32,000 nt of DNA. Source: Crocosphaera subtropica ATCC 51142 (GTDB lineage Bacteria > Cyanobacteriota > Cyanobacteriia > Cyanobacteriales > Microcystaceae). The notes beneath the pieces were generated by a model that saw only the letters and a program-made list of their open reading frames with translations, did not search any database and was not told the origin of the DNA. Of the stretch, positions 27,028-32,000 are shown piece after piece (position 1 is the first letter of the stretch; each line of letters begins with the position of its first letter). A program made the translations under genes and the position numbers. The stretch is from the NCBI RefSeq assembly GCF_000017845.1, contig NC_010546.1, positions 450,001 through 482,000 of the forward strand, read 5' to 3'.

Positions 27028-27366
27028 TTAAGAGACAGCAAACTCAGTAATTTTTCTTTCTTGTAATGATTTATAAGCAAGAACAATTCTATCTTTAGAA
27101 ATTCCTTTTTTTACTAATTCTTCGGCAATTCCTTCTTCTGTTCCGTCTTGTTGTATCCATAGTTTATCATCAATTATATCAATATGGATTAATGTCCCAT
27201 AAAGACGATATCCGTTTGACCATCCTATTTCTGTCAGTAAATAATGTCCTTTGTTGGAGTCGCAAATAAGTTTTATCTCGACTTGTTCATCTTCTCCTAA
27301 ATAGTCAATATACTCGTTAAGTATCTCTTCGATAATGTCTTGATAGTTTAAGGTTGAGTTATCCAT
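27028..27366 (-). CDS. xisI: XisI (fdxN-element excision-controlling factor family)
   Basis: This is a 112-aa ORF. The pattern YQDIIEEILNEY ... IGWSNGYRLYGTLIHIDIIDDKLWIQQDGTEEGIAEELVKKGISKDRIVLAY matches the XisI family pattern I remember, in both length and motif order. Confidence 0.85.
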   Translation of the reverse strand: MDNSTLNYQDIIEEILNEYIDYLGEDEQVEIKLICDSNKGHYLLTEIGWSNGYRLYGTLIHIDIIDDKLWIQQDGTEEGIAEELVKKGISKDRIVLAYKSLQERKITEFAVS

Positions 27367-27434
27367 CTTATGATTTCTTCTGCTATAGGATCAAAGGTAA
27401 ATAATTGAATGGTAAAACTAAATAGCTGAGTTTC
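27348..27434 (-). pseudogene. 3' remnant of xisH (about the last 28 codons only)
   Basis: My own minus-strand translation is ETQLFSFTIQLFTFDPIAEEIIRWITQP, ending at TAA (27350-27348). It overlaps the xisI ATG by 19 nt, as intact xisH-xisI pairs do. The homology stops at the 24-nt repeat at 27435-27458. A stop codon lies just upstream. Confidence 0.55.
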
Positions 27435-27458
27435 GTAGGGTAGACAATGCTCACCTTA
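27435..27458. repeat. 24-nt repeat copy 2 (degenerate, same orientation)
   Basis: The sequence is GTAGGGTAGACAATGCTCACCTTA. It matches copy 1 at 21/24 positions, and all three differences are transitions. It abuts the truncation point of the xisH remnant. Confidence 0.7.
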
Positions 27459-27522
27459 CCATCAATAATCCTCACTTAACTATATTACAAACACTATTCA
27501 TAATAAGATAGGAAACTCAATA

Positions 27523-27596
27523 AGAAGTGATCTCGAAGAGATCCGCGCTTACTTCGTCCCTCTTCGAGTCCGCGGTGCGCAGACAAGTAGAAGTGA
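27523..27596. repeat. 58-bp GC-rich hairpin element bounded by an 8-bp direct repeat (AGAAGTGA)
   Basis: AGAAGTGA occurs at 27523-27530 and again at 27589-27596. The 58 bp between them have 34 G+C, against very AT-rich flanks. A 9-bp perfect stem pairs CTCGAAGAG (27532-27540) with CTCTTCGAG (27560-27568). Confidence 0.55.
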
Positions 27597-27646
27597 CATA
27601 TCTGTTATATTAAAGATATTTACAGTTACTTATTGGAATAAAAGTA

Positions 27647-27835
27647 ATGTGGTGGCGAAGTTCTAGATTAGACCGTATTGAGGCAAATATAGAACGTTTA
27701 GCAAAAATTAGTGAAGCAACTAACCGCCGTATTGATCGTTTTGTTGAAGCAACGGATCAACAAATTCAAGCTATTCAAACACGAACCGATCAGTTTCAGC
27801 GTGCCTTAGAATATCTTTTAAGTAAGGATAGATAG
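27647..27835 (+). CDS. small coiled-coil hypothetical protein (62 aa)
   Basis: This is an ORF only, with a weak SD. The heptad-like sequence is LDRIEANIERLAKISEATNRRIDRFVEATDQQIQAIQTRTDQFQRALEYLL. Confidence 0.3.
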   Translation: MWWRSSRLDRIEANIERLAKISEATNRRIDRFVEATDQQIQAIQTRTDQFQRALEYLLSKDR

Positions 27836-27850
27836 AATAATTTATTATAT

Positions 27851-27883
27851 TGTTGGGTTTCGTTCCTCTACCCAACCTACAAG
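27851..27883. repeat. 33-nt hairpin repeat, left copy flanking the LRR gene
   Basis: The sequence is TGTTGGGTTTCGTTCCTCTACCCAACCTACAAG. The internal stem pairs GTTGGGT (27852-27858) with ACCCAAC (27870-27876). Confidence 0.75.
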
Positions 27884-27920
27884 ATCGGCTTCAAAAATGT
27901 ATTAAAACATAATTTTAAAC

Positions 27921-28496
27921 ATGAATATAAACTCAACTTTTTATGCTTCAATTTATAATGATTTAACTGAACTTCCTACAGAAATTTTCGATATGAAAAT
28001 CTTACAGGAGTTAGATTTAAAAGGAAATAATATTGAACATATATCTGTTGAAATATCAAAACTAACCAAGTTACGTTATTTGCGTTTGGATGATAATAAG
28101 ATAAAAGACTTGCCTAGTTGCTTTGCCAAACTTACGAATTTAGAAGAGCTTTCTTTACAGAGAAACTGCATTTCTTCAATTCCTACAGCTATTTTTGAAT
28201 TGCCTAATCTGCTTTATTTAACACTAACCTCTAATTCTATAGATTTATTTCCTGATAATCCACTTGAATTTAAGTTGACTAAATTAAAAACTCTTGACTT
28301 AATAAATAATAAATTAATTAAACTTCCTTCATATATTTCACGTTTTAATAATTTAGAAGAATTGTTCTTAGACGATAATTTATTAGAAGAAATTCCTGAT
28401 TGCATTTGTCAACTTACCAAACTAAAATACATCAGCTTATACGATAATCCAATTGTCTATTATCCTAAATGCATTTCTAACATAATAGATATGTAA
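27921..28496 (+). CDS. stand-alone leucine-rich-repeat (LRR) protein
   Basis: This is a 191-aa ORF with about seven tandem ~23-aa repeats of the LxxLxLxxNxIxxLPxxIxxL type (for example LQELDLKGNNIEHISVEISKLTKL and LRYLRLDDNKIKDLPSCFAKLTNL). There is no signal peptide and no other domain. The gene is very AT-rich. Confidence 0.7.
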   Translation: MNINSTFYASIYNDLTELPTEIFDMKILQELDLKGNNIEHISVEISKLTKLRYLRLDDNKIKDLPSCFAKLTNLEELSLQRNCISSIPTAIFELPNLLYLTLTSNSIDLFPDNPLEFKLTKLKTLDLINNKLIKLPSYISRFNNLEELFLDDNLLEEIPDCICQLTKLKYISLYDNPIVYYPKCISNIIDM

Positions 28497-28533
28497 CGAA
28501 TCAAAAAAGTTATAGAATCACTGTGATCGCAAT

Positions 28534-28566
28534 CTTGTAGTTGGGTAGAGGCAACGAAACCCAACA
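28534..28566. repeat. 33-nt hairpin repeat, right copy, inverted relative to 27851-27883
   Basis: The reverse complement is TGTTGGGTTTCGTTGCCTCTACCCAACTACAAG. It differs from the left copy by one extra G and one missing C. Confidence 0.75.
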
Positions 28567-28596
28567 CTCAACTAATAATATATATCTTAAACATAT

Positions 28597-29202
28597 CTAG
28601 AAGTTAGAAATACCAATATATCTCGGTTGGTTTTCAATACGGTTTAACCACCTTTTAATATAAGAAAATTCAGTTAAACTAAATCCTCCTTCTTCAGCAA
28701 CATGAGTATAAGCATAAAGTCCAATATCAGCAATTGTATAAGTTTTTCCCACGAAAAAATCTTGTGTTTGTAGATGCTTCTCCATTACATTGAGTGCAGC
28801 ATAACCTAAAATTTTTTTTTGTTTTAATTGTTGTTTATATTCTCTTTCTTTTCCTAAAATTGAGATCCAATAACGAGAGGTAGCAATATTTGGTTCATGA
28901 CTATATTGTTCAAAAAAAAGCCATTGCATAACTTGTGCTTGTTCAAAATTATTATTAGGAAAATAGCTAGTATTTTGACTTAAATAAAATAAAATAGCGT
29001 TAGACTCAGTTAGATATTGATTAGGGGAAATTTCTAATACTGGAATTTTCCCATTAGGATTTTTTGTTAAAAACTCTGGGGTTCGACTTTCATTGTTTAA
29101 AATATTAACTTCAATTCGAGTAAAAGGGATTTGTAATTGAGTTAATAATAATCTCACTTTATAGCCATTACCAGAGGGTAAAAAATCGTATAATTTGTAC
29201 AT
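28597..29202 (-). CDS. glutathione S-transferase family protein
   Basis: The N-terminal thioredoxin-like GST domain reads YKLYDFLPSGNGYKVRLLL ... NPNGKIPVLE ... LTESNAILFYL. The C-terminal domain is helical. Confidence 0.85.
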   Translation of the reverse strand: MYKLYDFLPSGNGYKVRLLLTQLQIPFTRIEVNILNNESRTPEFLTKNPNGKIPVLEISPNQYLTESNAILFYLSQNTSYFPNNNFEQAQVMQWLFFEQYSHEPNIATSRYWISILGKEREYKQQLKQKKILGYAALNVMEKHLQTQDFFVGKTYTIADIGLYAYTHVAEEGGFSLTEFSYIKRWLNRIENQPRYIGISNF

Positions 29203-29230
29203 TGTTTAAATAATTATAGAACGTCTTATC

Positions 29231-29710
29231 ATGAACATTCGCATCGGTAACGGTTATGATATCCATCGCTTAGTCCCCGATCGCCCATTAATTCTAGGGG
29301 GTATCAAAATTCCCCATTCTTTAGGTTTATTAGGACACAGTGACGCTGATGCGCTGACCCATGCCATTATGGATGCTATGTTAGGGGCATTGAGTTTAGG
29401 GGATATTGGTCACTATTTCCCCCCTTCCGATCATAAATGGGCAGGGGCTGATAGTTTATTATTATTACAACAAGTAGACGAGTTAATACAAGCCAATGGT
29501 TGGCAAGTGGGTAATATTGATTCTGTGATTATTGCTGAACAACCAAAAATGAAGCCCCATCTTCAGGCCATGCAGGAAAAACTTGCTCACACCTTACAGA
29601 TCAATATTGATCAAGTAGGGATTAAAGCAACCACCAACGAAAAATTAGGCCCAGTGGGACGAGAAGAGGGTATTGCTGTCTATACAGTGGTTTTATTGGT
29701 CAAGTCGTAA
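29231..29710 (+). CDS. ispF: 2-C-methyl-D-erythritol 2,4-cyclodiphosphate synthase
   Basis: [14 protein letters not shown] ... [32 protein letters not shown] ... GDIG is the canonical IspF motif set. The 159-aa length fits. Confidence 0.95.
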   Translation: MNIRIGNGYDIHRLVPDRPLILGGIKIPHSLGLLGHSDADALTHAIMDAMLGALSLGDIGHYFPPSDHKWAGADSLLLLQQVDELIQANGWQVGNIDSVIIAEQPKMKPHLQAMQEKLAHTLQINIDQVGIKATTNEKLGPVGREEGIAVYTVVLLVKS

Positions 29711-30257
29711 AATGCTTATTGACTAATTTGTCTACTTCACCGGGTTGAACTTGGCAGTAACGAGCTTTATGAGGCATAATAACGACGTTGGGACCTTTCT
29801 TACACTGTTTTAAACATCCCGTTAACTTAATTTTAACGCGATCGCTTAATCCCTGTTGTTCTAACTCTTGTTCTAACTGCTGACAGACACTTTTTCCCCC
29901 TCGTTTCCAACAACTCGATTTTTGACAAACTAAAATTTTGCCAACAGAAGAGGACTCGCTTTCTGATAGAATGACGGCGCAAGGTTTGTCAGGATTTGGT
30001 AACAATGTGACCTGACTCACTTCTAATTCAAAGAAACCCTTTTTTTTCTTAAATTCTCGATTTCCTGTTACTTCTAACCAAGTTCCAGGAATCATATTGA
30101 TATCGATTTCTGAACGCAGTTTTTTGGGAATTTTCAGCCAATATTCCTTTTCTTCTACTTTCATCCGTAAATATTTGATTTTGTCACCTTTCTTAATGAC
30201 AAAACTTTCTAATTGACCCACAAGACGGAATTGAGAGGTTGTAGTAGTTTTTGACAT
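29700..30257 (-). CDS. thioredoxin-like [2Fe-2S] ferredoxin-domain protein with N-terminal extension
   Basis: The C-terminal half carries CQKSSC ... [11 protein letters not shown], the Cx4C...Cx3C pattern of thioredoxin-like 2Fe-2S ferredoxins. Its 3' end overlaps the ispF 3' end by 11 nt (convergent genes). Confidence 0.7.
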   Translation of the reverse strand: MSKTTTTSQFRLVGQLESFVIKKGDKIKYLRMKVEEKEYWLKIPKKLRSEIDINMIPGTWLEVTGNREFKKKKGFFELEVSQVTLLPNPDKPCAVILSESESSSVGKILVCQKSSCWKRGGKSVCQQLEQELEQQGLSDRVKIKLTGCLKQCKKGPNVVIMPHKARYCQVQPGEVDKLVNKHFTT

Positions 30258-30290
30258 AGTTTTTTATTTAGAACTTCTTTAACTAATAAT

Positions 30291-30542
30291 TTAACGCTTG
30301 TTAAGATTCCAGCAACTCTTCAGCCAGTCAATTAATTCCTGGCGAGAGGCCGAGTATTGTTTGGTCACACTCCACAGTTGAATGATGGCTGTGGGGCTAG
30401 ATAAGTTTGCCTGTAAGGGTTTGTGGGTTTCACAAGAGCAGGGAATGTCTAATTCCCGAAGCCGATGATAGACGATCCAGCGATCGCACCAATCGACTTC
30501 TACAACTTGCCTGGGTTCGAGAGGAAGGTTAGTTAAATTCAT
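30291..30542 (-). CDS. small conserved cyanobacterial protein (Asr1405/Asl0597-like)
   Basis: The 83-aa ORF from ATG 30542 reads MNLTNLPLEPRQVVEVDWCDRWIVYHRLRELDIPCSC. The family name is from memory. The track ORF begins at TTG 30554. Confidence 0.45.
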   Translation of the reverse strand: MNLTNLPLEPRQVVEVDWCDRWIVYHRLRELDIPCSCETHKPLQANLSSPTAIIQLWSVTKQYSASRQELIDWLKSCWNLNKR

Positions 30543-30789
30543 GGACTCAAGCAAATGAAGATAATTGTCATTGTTTCTTCACCTAGTGTAACAGACAGAT
30601 GCAATATATTCTCAATTATTTTGCAAAAAAAATTCTAGCTCATCCCAGGCTGGAAGGGACGAGGGACTTCCCCTAGTTGGGGTTGATAAAAGTTAAATCT
30701 TTTTAGATGATTTTGCAGAGTGTTGATAAACTATTGCTAAAATGAGTTATTTTAATGATAGAAGTGTCGTTAAAAAGGGAATTACAGAC

Positions 30790-31341
30790 ATGGCAACTGC
30801 TCAAGGCTTACTCCGTGCTTTCGGTGAAGTAGGAGAAAACCCCGTATTACTAGACAAGAGCGTCACGACTCCTGTTTGCGAAGGGTTAAACCTACTCATC
30901 GCTAGTTTCCAAGGACTGTTTTTACAGTATGAAAAACACCATTTTGTGGTAGAGGGATCAGAATTTTACTCTTTACACGAATATTTTAGTGAAAGTTACG
31001 AAGAAGTTCGCGGTCATGTTCATGATTTAGCGGAACGATTAAACGGGTTAGGTGGGATTCCTGTGGCTAGCTTTAGTAAACTGGCTGAACTGTGCTGCTT
31101 TGAGCCAGAAGCTGATGGGATGTATGACTGTCGGAAAATGGTTGAGCATGACTTAGCAGCAGAACAAGCAATTATTAAAGTCTTACGCAGCCAAGCAGCC
31201 CAAGCTGAAAGCTTAGGAGATAGAGCTACTCGTCATCAACTTGAAGAAATTCTACTGGAAACTGAAGAACGGGCTTATCACTTAGACCATTTCTTGACTC
31301 ACGATAGCTTAACCGTTGCATTTGTTGGAAACGGTAACTAG
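30790..31341 (+). CDS. Dps-family (DNA starvation/stationary-phase protection, ferritin-like) protein
   Basis: The segment [65 protein letters not shown] carries the Dps ferroxidase-site residues (H..., HE..., D...E). I prefer ATG 30790 over 30742. Confidence 0.85.
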   Translation: MATAQGLLRAFGEVGENPVLLDKSVTTPVCEGLNLLIASFQGLFLQYEKHHFVVEGSEFYSLHEYFSESYEEVRGHVHDLAERLNGLGGIPVASFSKLAELCCFEPEADGMYDCRKMVEHDLAAEQAIIKVLRSQAAQAESLGDRATRHQLEEILLETEERAYHLDHFLTHDSLTVAFVGNGN

Positions 31342-31371
31342 ATTTTTAATCATTTGAATATAACTTAAATT

Positions 31372-31407
31372 TAGCTAGTGATTGCTGTGAGTCACTAGCT
31401 CTTTTAT
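31372..31407 (+). terminator. rho-independent terminator of dps
   Basis: The stem pairs AGCTAGTGA (31372-31380) with TCACTAGCT (31391-31399) across a 10-nt loop. It is followed by CTTTTATT. Confidence 0.7.
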
Positions 31408-31442
31408 TCGTTAATAATTGAAACTGGATAATTAAATTTTTA

Positions 31443-31769
31443 TTAATTTAACACTGTGATTCTAACAGGAATTCTGCCTGATTTTAAGGAACCAATGGTT
31501 CTAAAGGCACTTTGAGATAAATCTAAACTACAACGACAACGATCTACAATACGGACAATCACACTTTTTCCCGTTTTACGATTGGTCACTTTAACTTTTG
31601 TCCCAAAAGGCAAACTAGGATGAGCAGCCATCATGGCACTATTATTAAAGCGTACTCCTGAGGCTGTTTTTTGTCCTTGATAATGAGAAGCATAATAAGT
31701 CGCTGTTTGTGCCTGTGCAGGCATGGCAGCTAACGCTATCATCAAGATAGATAATGATACTTTCTTCAC
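31443..31769 (-). CDS. RlpA-like septal-ring lytic transglycosylase family protein (DPBB domain), secreted
   Basis: The signal peptide is MKKVSLSILMIALAAMPAQA. The body reads ASHYQGQKTASGVRFNNSAMMAAHPSLPFGTKVKVTNRKTGKSVIVRIVDR, an RlpA double-psi beta-barrel. The start is GTG, with GAGGAA about 10 nt upstream. Confidence 0.85.
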   Translation of the reverse strand: MKKVSLSILMIALAAMPAQAQTATYYASHYQGQKTASGVRFNNSAMMAAHPSLPFGTKVKVTNRKTGKSVIVRIVDRCRCSLDLSQSAFRTIGSLKSGRIPVRITVLN

Positions 31770-32000
31770 GGTGTACTATTCCTCACCACACAATGTACGT
31801 CTAGGATAATATACCTAGTTATTTTTCATTTGTCTAGTTGACAAAGTAGTAGGTTCTATGCGTATTGATTAATAAAGTCAGGATAGAGTTTCATTTAAAC
31901 GTTCATAGGTAGCCAGTTAAAACCTTTTTAATAAGCAAAATTTAGTTCAATGTTTAATTATTTGCATCAAGTCGTCAGATTTCCTGTAGTTTCTAGCCAA

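Noticed and set aside
27563-27571. TTCGAGTCC, identical to a common tRNA T-loop/T-stem sequence (possible tRNA 3' fragment or att-site remnant)
   Set aside because: The 5 nt before the loop (CCCTC) are not complementary to the 5 nt after it (CCGCG). There is no acceptor-stem or CCA-like continuation. It is not a tRNA fragment.
2758-28405. Other short track ORFs nested in or antisense to well-supported genes: 2758-2952, 3269-3523, 3606-3836, 3667-3867, 8420-8605, 12009-12227, 12013-12231, 13785-13979, 14609-14803, 15483-15665, 17912-18103, 22303-22485, 22881-23084, 25628-25879, 28214-28405
   Set aside because: Each overlaps a longer ORF that has clear family motifs. None shows a motif of its own, and their compositions look like alternative-frame artefacts.
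1-32000. Scan for tRNA, rRNA, CRISPR arrays, transposases, integrases and obvious defence-system genes
   Set aside because: I recognised none by eye in any intergenic region or ORF translation. I could not run a covariance-model scan (tRNAscan/Infernal), which would be needed to exclude small structured RNAs.

Overview
The window is a cyanobacterial chromosomal segment. The evidence is 15 perfect HIP1 octamers (GCGATCGC), ntcA, a cyAbrB-type regulator, hmpF and a PSI accumulation factor-like gene. From gene content I guess a unicellular Chroococcales-type genome; this is inference only. I support about 38 protein-coding genes. I found no rRNA, tRNA, CRISPR array, transposase or integrase.

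Main blocks:
- 239-7979: a Hmp/Pil-type chemotaxis-like motility cluster (patA-type regulator, cheY, cheW, MCP, all on the minus strand). It has no cheA in the window. A divergent hmpF lies across an 859-bp ORF-free spacer.
- 8097-12350: housekeeping genes (cbiB, a GFA-family protein, a Cys-less Rrf2 regulator, cyAbrB, DUF3143 plus a J-domain protein, a PSI factor-like gene).
- 12408-14763: a visibly AT-rich trio of envelope-type genes, plus a GNAT gene stub.
- 14926-19374: fabI, then ntcA, DUF3084 and a YqgF-like gene, with an AT-rich sulfotransferase appended.
- 19654-26994: membrane proteins, a STAS protein and a fused radical-SAM gene.
- 26995-29230: a small AT-rich accessory islet.
- 29231-31769: ispF, a ferredoxin-like gene, dps and rlpA.

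I see no clear multi-gene novel system. The most unusual structures, in order of interest, are:
1. The accessory islet. It holds an orphan xisI with a decapitated xisH, bracketed by 24-nt direct repeats. It also holds a 58-bp GC-rich hairpin element with 8-bp flanking direct repeats. A stand-alone LRR gene there is framed by 33-nt inverted hairpin repeats.
2. A dense TTAACC/GGTTAA motif array, including a perfect 6-3-6 palindrome, upstream of the STAS gene.
3. The long spacer between the hmp cluster and hmpF.

All family assignments come from reading the translations and from memory of motifs. None is from a database search.
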